From: Candidatus Woesearchaeota archaeon
GTDB taxonomy: Archaea; Nanobdellota; Nanobdellia; Woesearchaeales; GW2011-AR4
DNA: 52,937 nt
Reading direction: 5' to 3'
Assembly: GCA_016181305.1 (NCBI GenBank)
Contig: JACOZN010000013.1
Span: forward strand, 79,691-132,627
Positions 18,796 to 28,307 of the stretch are shown piece by piece. How positions within the stretch are numbered: position 1 is the first letter of the stretch; each line of letters opens with the position of its first letter. The position numbers and the translations under genes were made by a program. Below the pieces are notes generated by a model. That model searched no databases. It was not told the origin of the DNA and worked only from the letters and a program-made list of their open reading frames with translations.

Positions 18796-18798
18796 TTT
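18783..18798 (+). repeat. attL, 16-bp direct repeat CCCCGCAGGGGCATTT
   Basis: Identical to 33836-33851; equals the tRNA 3' end. Confidence 0.92.
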
Positions 18799-18852
18799 GT
18801 TTTTCGGTTAAATGCCGAAACGGGTTTTGGATATTGGTTTTTAGTTGTTGGT

Positions 18853-19944
18853 ATGCAAGAATCTGTTATTGATATCCAAAACTGGAAAGGGAAATACGAA
18901 AGCGAATTAAGGAAAATAGAAGCGTCAGGCATAAGCCAACGAAACAAGGAGCTTATACTTGATTTCAACAGATACTATGTTCTTGAGGGAATCAGCTATT
19001 CCAGAAGAATAAGGGTTATGACTATACTTTGCTCGGTTGCAAGAAAGATTGACAAGGATTTTGACAAAGCAACCAAAGAAGATATAATGAAGTTTGTGGA
19101 ATATCTGGAAACTTCGCAGTATAAGGACTGGACAAAGCATACCTACAAGCAGATTCTAAAAAGGTTCTATAAATGGCTTAAAGGAAATAATACAGAGCAC
19201 CCTCCCGAAATCAAATGGCTAAAAGCTTCAAAAGCAAAGATGGAACATAAAATTCCAGAAGAGCTTATAACAAAGGAAGACGTTGTTATGCTTATACAGA
19301 AAGCCGAAACAATAAGGGACAAGGCATTGATAAGCAGTTTGTTTGAAAGCGGGTGCAGGATTTCTGAATTGGGAAATTTAAGAATAAAGAACGTTGTTTT
19401 TGATCAATACGGAACGGTTATCGTAGTTAGTGGAAAGACTGGAATGCGTAGGGTAAGGTTGATAGATTCAACGCCTTATTTAGCTAACTGGATAGAAAAT
19501 CATCCTTTTAGGGATGAACCCGACAAACCATTATGGGTAAGCACAACCCGAAAAAGAAGCAGTATATGCTATGGCACTATAAGGAAGATGCTTAATGAAA
19601 TCGCACAAAGAGCTGGAATAAAGAAAAGGGTAAATCCCCATATATTCCGCCACAGCAGAAGCACAATAAATGCCAACTTCCTGACCGAAGCACAAATGAA
19701 CAATTACTTTGGATGGGTTCAGGGAAGCAGAATGCCATCTGTTTATGTTCATTTGTCTGGAAGGGATGTTGATGCTACTATAATTAATATGCACAGCCCT
19801 AATCAGAAAGTTGTTATCAACAAAGCATCAGAAAACAATTTTGAGCCAAAGTGCTGTCCAAGATGCAGAAATTCCAATCCAGCAACGAGCAAGTTTTGCA
19901 ATAGGTGTGGGGCTGTTTTGGATTTAAGCAATTTTTCTAATTAA
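18853..19944 (+). CDS. int: Tyrosine recombinase/integrase with C-terminal zinc ribbon
   Basis: SGCRISE (R), SGKTG (K), HIFRH, FGW, SVYVH (Y); CPRC..CNRC. The ORF-track start 18775 lies inside the tRNA, so ATG 18853 is preferred. Confidence 0.93.
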   Translation: MQESVIDIQNWKGKYESELRKIEASGISQRNKELILDFNRYYVLEGISYSRRIRVMTILCSVARKIDKDFDKATKEDIMKFVEYLETSQYKDWTKHTYKQILKRFYKWLKGNNTEHPPEIKWLKASKAKMEHKIPEELITKEDVVMLIQKAETIRDKALISSLFESGCRISELGNLRIKNVVFDQYGTVIVVSGKTGMRRVRLIDSTPYLANWIENHPFRDEPDKPLWVSTTRKRSSICYGTIRKMLNEIAQRAGIKKRVNPHIFRHSRSTINANFLTEAQMNNYFGWVQGSRMPSVYVHLSGRDVDATIINMHSPNQKVVINKASENNFEPKCCPRCRNSNPATSKFCNRCGAVLDLSNFSN

Positions 19945-20007
19945 GTGTGTTTTCAGCCACAAAGCTTTTATAATTATTAACTATATTTTTTAATCTGGTG
20001 ATTTATT

Positions 20008-20547
20008 GTGGTCAAAAAAATAATGATTAGTAGAAAAGGCATTAACATAGGAAATAAAAAAATTGGACATGTTGTTGGACATTTTAATCATATAGAGGGA
20101 TTATTGAAACATTTGCTAACATTTTACATCGAACCTTCTGAAAGAAAAAAGGAATTTGTTGAAGAAATCCTATTGAATAACTCAATACTAAATTTTTCCT
20201 CAAAACTTAAATTATTCTTAAATATTAACCAAGAAGAGAAGTGGTTAAATGGGAGAGAATTAGACGATTTCAAAAAAAATATTTATTTTTTAAGTAATGT
20301 TAGAAATTCTTTTGCCCATGCCGAAACTAGAATTCATATTTATACCGAGCATAGAAAAAATAGAAAACCAAAAATTTACTATGTTGTAGAAAAATTTGAA
20401 AATGACGGCACTTGTGCATGGTATAGTGCTGATGAACTTCTCAAGGAGTTTAACAAGAAGTATATTCCAGTCGAAAATACATTGATTAGAATATTGCATC
20501 AACTTGATAAAAAATTTGGGAATATTATCGAAAGTGCAAGTATTTAG
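20008..20547 (+). CDS. Putative HEPN-domain protein
   Basis: Helical protein with RNSFAH (Rx4H) motif. Confidence 0.6.
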   Translation: MVKKIMISRKGINIGNKKIGHVVGHFNHIEGLLKHLLTFYIEPSERKKEFVEEILLNNSILNFSSKLKLFLNINQEEKWLNGRELDDFKKNIYFLSNVRNSFAHAETRIHIYTEHRKNRKPKIYYVVEKFENDGTCAWYSADELLKEFNKKYIPVENTLIRILHQLDKKFGNIIESASI

Positions 20548-20661
20548 AAGAAGTTCTTTCTTTTTCCTTTTCAAATTTCATTTCAGAAATAGAAACCTTA
20601 TACCAATTTCTTCAATACCTTTAAATACTAGTTTTGTAAGAATAATACATTGGTGGGTGGT

Positions 20662-21033
20662 ATGTCAGATAACAAAGAAATCCATGAATTTGTTAATGGT
20701 GCTTTAAAGCAAATTAAAGATGCTATTCCAGAAGGTTACAAGCTAAACAATCAAATCAACTTTGATATTTCTGTAACCACTTTAACTAGGGCAGATGGTA
20801 AATTTGATATAAAATTAGCTGGATTTGGTATGACTTCAAATAAACAGCAAGTGCATAGAATCAATTTTTCTGTAATAGATGAAAAATCACAAAAGGAGTC
20901 TATTCAAGAAGGAATTAACGCATTTGAACTTTTCATTAAGCAAATAGCTACGGTAGACGCTCAAATGAAAGCACAAAAAGCTAAATCTGCTAAAAAAATA
21001 GCTGTAAAGACAAATGGCAAAAAAGGAAATTAA
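20662..21033 (+). CDS. Hypothetical protein, possibly Trypco2-like
   Basis: EFVNGALKQI...INFDISVT...KLAGFG...VHRINFSV resembles the Trypco2 pattern (by eye). Confidence 0.45.
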   Translation: MSDNKEIHEFVNGALKQIKDAIPEGYKLNNQINFDISVTTLTRADGKFDIKLAGFGMTSNKQQVHRINFSVIDEKSQKESIQEGINAFELFIKQIATVDAQMKAQKAKSAKKIAVKTNGKKGN

Positions 21034-21256
21034 AGTATTTTCGTATGAGCAAGTGTATAAAGAATACTATGTCAGTTTTATAGCGGGTCTTATTGGAGGA
21101 TTATCAGCATTGACATTTAGCTATGTTATTCCATTAGCAATTAAGGGTGATTGGAAAGGGACATTTATAGGTTTTTTAGTATATGTTATAGGTGCTTTAC
21201 TTACTTTTATTGTCGGATTTTCTGTAATAAAGAAAGTTTTTGTTAAAGATGAGTGA
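21014..21256 (+). CDS. Small two-TM membrane protein
   Basis: Two hydrophobic helices; overlaps both neighbours. Confidence 0.6.
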   Translation: MAKKEIKVFSYEQVYKEYYVSFIAGLIGGLSALTFSYVIPLAIKGDWKGTFIGFLVYVIGALLTFIVGFSVIKKVFVKDE

Positions 21257-21527
21257 TGGAGATAAAAGAATAAAAACTGCATTACAAATTTTCATAGCTG
21301 GTGCAGTTATACTTGCATTACTTGGTGCAGGAACAAAGATAATGAATTTTTATACAGAATTTGGGACATCAATACTAATAAGCATAATCTTAACAATCAT
21401 TGCAGAACTTATTGTCATTAGATTTGGTGGAGAATTTCTTAAACAACATCATATTACAATTTGGGGATTTAGAGTTTCAGTATTCTTTATATTGGTGATA
21501 TTAGTTAAATACTTGGTATTAAGTTAA
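21249..21527 (+). CDS. Small three-TM membrane protein
   Basis: Hydrophobic ORF overlapping the upstream gene. Confidence 0.6.
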   Translation: MSDGDKRIKTALQIFIAGAVILALLGAGTKIMNFYTEFGTSILISIILTIIAELIVIRFGGEFLKQHHITIWGFRVSVFFILVILVKYLVLS

Positions 21528-22399
21528 ATTTTATTTTTATTGTCCAGCCATTTCATAAATAATTCTATTATGATGGCATCATAAACCGCTACAGCAGAAA
21601 TTGCCAAAATAAAAATATCCAAAATTTTTAACCAAAACAACCACCAGTTACTTTGCGGACTAAATCTGATAAAAACTTTCGGACTATTAAATTCCCAACT
21701 TTTACTAAATCCTTTAAATATTTGAAAATCTTTTTTGATATCCCCATCAATAATAGTAAAGCAATTTTCATCGCATGTATAGCCATTCAAAAAATCTGAA
21801 TTATAATTAAAATTAAGTTTGTCTAATTTACTTGCACCTTCAATATTTAGCATGTAATAGGAATAGAATGTAGATTTAATATCTGCAATTATCCCAAAAC
21901 TGTAAGGATCGTTGTCTATCATTTTGCTTAAATTTATTGTTAAATATACCATTCCTTCAGATAAATTTACCACATAAGTGTAGTTTAATTTTTCTGGATT
22001 GTAAACACTCCACCTCTTTAATTCAGATATTTTAAAAACAGGGTATCCATAGCTGGCAAGCTCTTTTTCGTTACAATACTCTTTACGTTTTTGGAAAAAA
22101 GTATATATTGATGCAGTGTTGGTTTTATAATCAATACTAACAGATGGTTCACCTATATAAAAACAACTGCTTTTAACGTTAGCTTGATAGGTTGATATTA
22201 AAAACCAATCATAATTCGTGGGATACAGTTTTTCATTATAAATCCAATTTGATGTTATAATATACAGAATAAAAAAACCAAACGCTATACCAAGTAAAAA
22301 TGATATTTTAACCCAATTTATGTCATAATTAGGTTTTTGATTATCTTGGTTCTTCTTGTTAACTTTCTTAATCTGTTTTGTTCTCTTATTAGAAGCCAT
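21524..22399 (-). CDS. Membrane protein with extracytoplasmic domain (N- and C-terminal TM)
   Basis: 291-aa ORF, TM near residues 30-50 and at the C-terminus. Confidence 0.65.
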   Translation of the reverse strand: MASNKRTKQIKKVNKKNQDNQKPNYDINWVKISFLLGIAFGFFILYIITSNWIYNEKLYPTNYDWFLISTYQANVKSSCFYIGEPSVSIDYKTNTASIYTFFQKRKEYCNEKELASYGYPVFKISELKRWSVYNPEKLNYTYVVNLSEGMVYLTINLSKMIDNDPYSFGIIADIKSTFYSYYMLNIEGASKLDKLNFNYNSDFLNGYTCDENCFTIIDGDIKKDFQIFKGFSKSWEFNSPKVFIRFSPQSNWWLFWLKILDIFILAISAVAVYDAIIIELFMKWLDNKNKI

Positions 22400-22558
22400 A
22401 ATGTAGGAAATTGTGGATAAGTTTAAATTACTTATTCTTTTATTTTCGTCCTTCCCATAAGCTGATAATCAAATCTTTTCCAGCAATTCCTTCTTTTTTT
22501 CAAATTTTAGAAGAAACTTTAATAAACTAACTATATACTAAATAGACTGGTGTAAACT

Positions 22559-23476
22559 ATGTATTATAGATTATTGATATTTTTAACAAATGCTGGAGAG
22601 AACGTAGATAAAATTAAACTCAAATTTGGGTTAAAAATAAAAGAAGTTTCAGAAGAGGAAGCAACAGACCTCTACGCCACTTTAGAAAAAACAGATTTGT
22701 ATAGGGCTGGAAAAGAATTATTTATGGATTATCATATAATTAATAGTAAACACAAAGCTTATTACATTACTAAAAGGATTAAAATTTCTGATGAAATTAG
22801 AGACGAAATGTCAAAATTTAATGAATTTGGCAAAATACAAAGACAACTGATAATGGGTTATTTAGATCCATTGATTATTAAATTAAGATTATTTAAAGAA
22901 GGTTATATTGGTTATCATAAATACTATTTTTTTGGAGAAAAAACTAAAAGTTCATTTACAGGGATGACTTCCCCTAATCATATAACAAGAGGCAGTAAAA
23001 TTTATGAATTAAATGATTTGAATGAAATTAAAAGACTTAATAAATTTATTAAAAAAGTTAAGGATTTGCCAAAAGATGGTCAGCTTAAAATAGCTTTAGA
23101 TAATTTTCAACAATCTTATGATTCAGTCAGTATAGAATCTGCATTCTTGAATCTAATGATTGGAATAGAATCATTATTCTCTAAAAGCACCATAGAATTA
23201 TCTTTTAGATTAAAGAGAAATTGTGCAATTTTTTTGGGTAGAACCAAAACAGAATGTTTGGAAATTTACAATAAAATGAAGGAATTATATGATATAAGAA
23301 GTGTTTTAATTCATGGTAAAAAATTTAAGTTAGAGCCAGAACAAGTTTTTATATTAAGAAACTATGTAAGAAAGTCTATATTAGGGTTTATAGAGATTGA
23401 TAGGAATCATGACCAAGTTCTTGATGAACTGGATAAATTAGGATTTGGGGATTATACAAAAATAACAGATAATTAA
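22559..23476 (+). CDS. ApeA-like HEPN domain protein
   Basis: FLNLMIGIESLF...LSFRLKRNCAIFLG...LYDIRSVLIHG (RSx3HG). Confidence 0.8.
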   Translation: MYYRLLIFLTNAGENVDKIKLKFGLKIKEVSEEEATDLYATLEKTDLYRAGKELFMDYHIINSKHKAYYITKRIKISDEIRDEMSKFNEFGKIQRQLIMGYLDPLIIKLRLFKEGYIGYHKYYFFGEKTKSSFTGMTSPNHITRGSKIYELNDLNEIKRLNKFIKKVKDLPKDGQLKIALDNFQQSYDSVSIESAFLNLMIGIESLFSKSTIELSFRLKRNCAIFLGRTKTECLEIYNKMKELYDIRSVLIHGKKFKLEPEQVFILRNYVRKSILGFIEIDRNHDQVLDELDKLGFGDYTKITDN

Positions 23477-23853
23477 ATACTTTTAAGTAATTCCTTCTTT
23501 TTCTTTTCAAACTCTGCTTTAGAAATAGCTCCTTTGTCCTTTAATTCTTTCAATTTTGCTATTTTGGAAGTAGCATCTTCTTGTGGCTTAACTCCATGCT
23601 TATGGGTATCATAAAACATTGCTTTATTGTATGCTTGATACATAGTTCCCCAACCCACAATAAATACAAATACAGCAATGCCAATCCTCCATCCAGTGCC
23701 TAAATTTACTCCAAAAATTCTGGCAAGTGGTCTAAGTAAATCAACCACAAGCCATTTATCAAAAAAGTAAGTTACAACTGCTGAAACTACTAAGAAAATA
23801 CCCACCATCATAGTTTCTTTTTTCTCTTCTGGTGTTGATTCTTTGGTTTTCAT
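23473..23853 (-). CDS. Membrane protein with C-terminal SHOCT domain
   Basis: Two TM plus IAKLKELKDKGAISKAEFEKKKKELL; TGATG coupling at 23851-23855. Confidence 0.8.
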   Translation of the reverse strand: MKTKESTPEEKKETMMVGIFLVVSAVVTYFFDKWLVVDLLRPLARIFGVNLGTGWRIGIAVFVFIVGWGTMYQAYNKAMFYDTHKHGVKPQEDATSKIAKLKELKDKGAISKAEFEKKKKELLKSI

Positions 23854-24482
23854 CAAATCTCCCCTCTTGCTTGCATATCTGCATAATCTGGAAATGCACT
23901 GTAACAATAATATCTGAATGTGCTATCTTCTTTTACATACTCTTCAGGAATATTTTTGCAGACTGTTTTATCATTAGTTTTTTGTGCAAAATTATAATAA
24001 CACTCTTTACGGATATATTTGTTATTACCATATTTAGTTTGACATATTGAAGAAACTGAAGAATCTTTTTTTACTACTGAATATTCTATGTAACATTTTA
24101 TCACATAATCTAAAATAGCAAAATTAACCCATTCATCTCTAATTTTGTAAGTAGTAATGAAAGCGGGGTCATTACTGCTTGTCATTTGATACGACTTTGT
24201 CATTGCATCACAAAACTCTGGATTATTATATTTAATTGCTAAATCAGAATAACAAGCAACAAGTTGATTAGTTTCTGAGTCATAGCAGTCTTCCGCAATA
24301 TCTATTATTTTTTCTTCGCTTAAAGTTTTAGTTTGTTGTTGGATAGAAGTAGAAGCTGTTTTTGTTGATGTAGCTACTTCACTTTTTGATTTTGGCGTAG
24401 TTGTAGTTTTCTCTATTGTTTGTGTTTGAGCACAGCTACTAATCAAAAATAGTGCCAATACAATAAAAATGGTAAGTTTCAT
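23853..24482 (-). CDS. Lipoprotein with Cys-rich helical repeats
   Basis: LISSC lipobox, Thr/Ser linker, repeated CYxxxAxxxNxxxxC units. Confidence 0.7.
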   Translation of the reverse strand: MKLTIFIVLALFLISSCAQTQTIEKTTTTPKSKSEVATSTKTASTSIQQQTKTLSEEKIIDIAEDCYDSETNQLVACYSDLAIKYNNPEFCDAMTKSYQMTSSNDPAFITTYKIRDEWVNFAILDYVIKCYIEYSVVKKDSSVSSICQTKYGNNKYIRKECYYNFAQKTNDKTVCKNIPEEYVKEDSTFRYYCYSAFPDYADMQARGEI

Positions 24483-24568
24483 TGTTGATATGCCCTTATT
24501 AAATTTAATAGTTAACCGATAGGTAATGGATAGGTTTCTATATAAAAAGTTTACTATGAACAGAAGTT

Positions 24569-24829
24569 ATGAGTTGGGAGAAGTATAGTTTTGTGAAATA
24601 TGCACCATTACGCTCTGAAGTTCTAAAAATATTGGATACAGAGAAAACACCAAAAGAGATTAAGGATGAGTTACATAAATCCGATTCCAATGTAGCAAGG
24701 GCATTAAGGGAATTAACTAAAAAAGGGCTTGTCAAGTGTTTAACACCAAAAAGCAAGAAAGGTAAGATTTATGTTTTGACTAAAGAAGGTAGAGAAATAA
24801 GAACTAAACTATTGAAACAAAGTTTATAA
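24569..24829 (+). CDS. Winged-helix (ArsR/MarR-like) transcriptional regulator
   Basis: KTPKEIKDEL...SNVARALRELTKKGLV...KIYVLTKEG. Confidence 0.85.
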   Translation: MSWEKYSFVKYAPLRSEVLKILDTEKTPKEIKDELHKSDSNVARALRELTKKGLVKCLTPKSKKGKIYVLTKEGREIRTKLLKQSL

Positions 24830-24853
24830 ACTTCATAATTTATTCTGTAAAAT

Positions 24854-25030
24854 ATGGACACTCGATTACTTAAAATTCTGGAAGAAGAAACAGCTAAAGA
24901 GAAAGCCAAGAAGAAAAAGAAACCTATATTTGAAGTCAGAAAGGAAAAAAGACTGAATTATTATTTTGGATGGCATAAAGGAAAACCGCTAGAAGAAGGA
25001 AAGACGGAAAAACAAACAAAGCTTGATTAA
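24854..25030 (+). CDS. Small Lys/Glu-rich protein (58 aa, below ORF cutoff)
   Basis: MDTRLLKILEEETAKEKAKKKKKPIFEVRKEKRLNYYFGWHKGKPLEEGKTEKQTKLD*. Confidence 0.45.
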   Translation: MDTRLLKILEEETAKEKAKKKKKPIFEVRKEKRLNYYFGWHKGKPLEEGKTEKQTKLD

Positions 25031-25094
25031 TTTTTTCTAGATTACTTTTTCTCGTTAAATTTATATAAGCGAGCATTAACTAGGTATTGGTAAA

Positions 25095-27224
25095 ATGGTT
25101 GACGAAGAAAGTGGCACAATTCTTAATAAACTAGGAATATTGCCAAAATATGAACTAGTCCACCTAGTTAAAAAAATATACAAAAATGACAAGCAAGGTC
25201 TAATAAATATCATTTATTTAGTAACTTCAAAGAAGATAAGAGAGCCTTTTAATAAAATAAATAATTTTAATGCAGAAACTTTACTAGGACTTCTATCAGA
25301 AACTAAGGATTTGCCTATTGATTTGATTGATGAACTATATTATGAATATAACCAAACAAAGAACCCTTCACTATACTTCTTTGAAATTCTTGATTTTAAA
25401 GAATCTAATTTTTTAAAGTCAGGAGACAAAGATAAAGAAAAGTATTTTATTGACAAAATTAATTACATTAATCCAACTTTGGTTCTTAAAAGCAGACCTC
25501 AATTTAAAAATTTTAGCTTAGGAAGCATACATACAAAATCTAACATTATAGAAATAGAGTTGGATTTTCAGAGTAGAATTGATTATGTTGACCCTAAAAC
25601 TAAATTACCTAAACATATTTACTCTCTACATGAAGGGATAATATGGATTTCCAAAGACCATAAATCAATAGTAATAAAGGTTGATTCTTCGGATGTTAAT
25701 AAGATTTTAGTTAAGATTCTACAAAACTTATTAGAAAGTAAAGTTGTTAAGTTTAATTTAACAAAGGAAATAGTTAATGAAATTTTTCCTTTTGAAACAC
25801 TAAGAAGAGCAGGTTACATTGAGCCAGAATTAGGTGGTAAAAAATTTACTGAAAGAAAAACATTAGCAGATAGGCATTATTCAGACAAAGATGAAAGCAA
25901 AGAAACAGACGAAAGATGTGATAGACTTTATTCGTATCATAAAATTTCTTTAAATGAATTAGAAGTGGGAACAGCTGTAAGTGAAAAAGGAAAAATAACA
26001 CTCAATAGGCACATAAAGAGATCTGAGCTCAAATTATGGTCTCTTACCCTAATAAAAGATATTATTAGACATATGAGCCACTTAAAAAAAGAACAAATGT
26101 CTAAGTATCTTAACGGAATAGACAAAGATTCCATAATAGAACTAGATGAATTAACTACAAGCACCGCAAAGGAAAATTTATGTCATATTGCAGTTGCTGT
26201 AAGTAGCTTGAAAGAAAGCAATGAGGCTCAGATACAGACAAATCTTACTAGTCTTGAATTGTTTAATACTTTGAGTGAATATTTAATTCCAATATTTGAA
26301 CCAAGTTGTGTTGATTGTGGTGAGAATAGTTATACCTGCAATAATTGTGGAGAACTTAATTCTGCAGTCATAAGGAAAGGCTCAATAAAAATAAAATGTG
26401 ATGGATGTCAAAAGGAAATAAATAATTTAGCTGAAGATATAAAATGTCCAAATGATTCGAATCATAAAATTGATGGAACTATAGAAGAGAACGTATCTTT
26501 TTTCTCTACGAAAAAACTTTTTGAACTATTAAATAAACTTTCACGAGTATTAGAAATGGGTTTAAATTTGACTGAAATGGAAATTTTAAAAATTAAAAAT
26601 AGGATTATTTATTACAAACTCTCTAACAATAAAACCCTTTATCTAATGGATATGTTACCTTCATTTGCATCAATAACAAAAATAGATAAGATACCAACAA
26701 ACGTATTAACAACCCAGTTAATAAATTTGAAATATGCAAAAGAGAAATGCAACGTATACAGTGATGTAAACTGTCGGGATTGTATTATTTCTCAAAAAGG
26801 ACTTTGTATTCAAAGATTAGTAGGTAGCTTTACAAAAAATACTAGACTACATAGTCATTGTGGAACTGAGTTTGGCGACATATCTTTTGTAGAGAATGTA
26901 GATGGAAATAATATTACATTGGTAGGCTTAGCAAAATCTGACTTAAAAGTCTATGATAAAATGCTTACGCTTCGAAATGGCAAAGGTTCTAATTTATTTG
27001 CTCAAGCTTATGACGCATTGGCAGATAGCAGAATCAATTTTATAGCAATAATTGCAACAGCGATATTGCATGAAAAACTCAGAGAATCCTTAATACAGAT
27101 TACAAAATGGAACAATAAAAGGATTACTTTTATTGAAAAACCTGAATTAGTTAGGATGGTTTATGATTACATAGAAAAAATAAATCAAGGAAACTCAAAT
27201 TATCATTTTTGGGAAATTGTATAA
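25095..27224 (+). CDS. Large hypothetical protein with Zn-finger cluster and C-terminal restriction-endonuclease-like region
   Basis: CVDC, CNNC, CDGC, CPND..H; C-terminal EFGDISF...VGLAK...IAIIAT...ITFIEKPEL. Confidence 0.55.
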   Translation: MVDEESGTILNKLGILPKYELVHLVKKIYKNDKQGLINIIYLVTSKKIREPFNKINNFNAETLLGLLSETKDLPIDLIDELYYEYNQTKNPSLYFFEILDFKESNFLKSGDKDKEKYFIDKINYINPTLVLKSRPQFKNFSLGSIHTKSNIIEIELDFQSRIDYVDPKTKLPKHIYSLHEGIIWISKDHKSIVIKVDSSDVNKILVKILQNLLESKVVKFNLTKEIVNEIFPFETLRRAGYIEPELGGKKFTERKTLADRHYSDKDESKETDERCDRLYSYHKISLNELEVGTAVSEKGKITLNRHIKRSELKLWSLTLIKDIIRHMSHLKKEQMSKYLNGIDKDSIIELDELTTSTAKENLCHIAVAVSSLKESNEAQIQTNLTSLELFNTLSEYLIPIFEPSCVDCGENSYTCNNCGELNSAVIRKGSIKIKCDGCQKEINNLAEDIKCPNDSNHKIDGTIEENVSFFSTKKLFELLNKLSRVLEMGLNLTEMEILKIKNRIIYYKLSNNKTLYLMDMLPSFASITKIDKIPTNVLTTQLINLKYAKEKCNVYSDVNCRDCIISQKGLCIQRLVGSFTKNTRLHSHCGTEFGDISFVENVDGNNITLVGLAKSDLKVYDKMLTLRNGKGSNLFAQAYDALADSRINFIAIIATAILHEKLRESLIQITKWNNKRITFIEKPELVRMVYDYIEKINQGNSNYHFWEIV

Positions 27225-27423
27225 ATATTTTATGGGTTACTTGTTGAAAAAATTTCTATAAAAACATGGTGCACACGTTTGGCAGACATAGGTAGATAAA
27301 AAATACCCCACCCCCATGAGCAAACTTTTCTCATCGATATACTACAATCCATAGATTATAATCCATTTTATCGACTACGAGTGTGTTTATATACTTCAAT
27401 ACCACTGATTTCTTGGGTTAAAA

Positions 27424-27464
27424 AAAGTTGGCAAAAGTTCCGCTAAAGACCAATTGCCAACTTT
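27424..27464. repeat. 11-bp inverted repeat AAAGTTGGCAA / TTGCCAACTTT with 19-nt spacer
   Basis: 27424-27434 and 27454-27464. Confidence 0.8.
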
Positions 27465-27500
27465 ACCCAATAACAACCACGAATGGAGGTATTAGGTAAA

Positions 27501-27884
27501 ATGGGAACAAAGAAACAGAATATAAAAACTTTGGCATCGAAAGATGCTCAACCAGAAAGAGGTGAGATTGAAAACAGAGTCGTTTTTACCCTATATTGTA
27601 AAGACGTTATTGATGGGATCAAGAAACAACTTGCCAAAAAGCCAATGGCAATGAAACAGGCAGTGGTAGTTTCTTTATTGTTGGTAGATGAACCAACCAG
27701 AAAAGAAATTCTTGAATTGGTCCGGGAAAACAAGAAGTTTGATAAAACATTGGAAGGTTTTATCACAACCAATAAGAAGAAGATAATGGATTTCTTCCAG
27801 AACCAAAAGGACAAGACAAGCACAACAGCTGTTCTAAAACAAAGAATAGCCGAACTCGAGGCACAGGTTGGTGATAAAAAATGA
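27501..27884 (+). CDS. Hypothetical protein with C-terminal coiled coil
   Basis: GGAGGT Shine-Dalgarno at 27485-27490 favours ATG 27501. Confidence 0.65.
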   Translation: MGTKKQNIKTLASKDAQPERGEIENRVVFTLYCKDVIDGIKKQLAKKPMAMKQAVVVSLLLVDEPTRKEILELVRENKKFDKTLEGFITTNKKKIMDFFQNQKDKTSTTAVLKQRIAELEAQVGDKK

Positions 27885-28015
27885 AAGAAACCACCAATTA
27901 CCCCAATTCTTTGGAGCAAGTCCAAGAATTGATGAAGCAACACACCAAAGAAGCTTACCTGAAAAGATTAGCCAAAATTGGTGTAATTGTGAGGGATAAA
28001 AATGACAACCGATAA
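27881..28015 (+). CDS. Small hypothetical protein (44 aa, below ORF cutoff)
   Basis: GGTGAT SD; overlaps both neighbours; MKETTNYPNSLEQVQELMKQHTKEAYLKRLAKIGVIVRDKNDNR*. Confidence 0.55.
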   Translation: MKETTNYPNSLEQVQELMKQHTKEAYLKRLAKIGVIVRDKNDNR

Positions 28016-28232
28016 GTGTGCTTGCGGAAACGACAAAGAAGATTGGATGGAAGTCTGTAAGCAATGCTATGCAAAGAATAAAGGCAACAAACCAACATCA
28101 AAGAACAAAGATAAGGAAATAAAAAGACAAGTTTTCTTAAAAATTGCCAGCGAACAACTGAAATCCCAACAACCAAAGGACTTGGTAAGCTATGCACAAA
28201 GCTTGGAAATTGAATTTAACAAATGGGCTTAA
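28002..28232 (+). CDS. Small Zn-binding, virus-like hypothetical protein
   Basis: CACG...CKQC plus IKRQVFLKIA. Confidence 0.6.
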   Translation: MTTDKCACGNDKEDWMEVCKQCYAKNKGNKPTSKNKDKEIKRQVFLKIASEQLKSQQPKDLVSYAQSLEIEFNKWA

Positions 28233-28307
28233 TTGCCCATTGTTTTTTCTTTTTTGATTTTGATAAGAACAAAAACTATTAAATACCTATGATTAACCCC
28301 ATAATTT

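Noticed and set aside
18775-18852. N-terminal extension of the integrase in the ORF track
   Set aside because: Overlaps the tRNA-Arg intron and 3' exon; ATG 18853 is the plausible start
27225-27380. Possible frameshifted small Cys-containing ORF on the minus strand (…YVCQTCAPCFY…)
   Set aside because: Needs an assumed frameshift, is very short and has no recognisable homology
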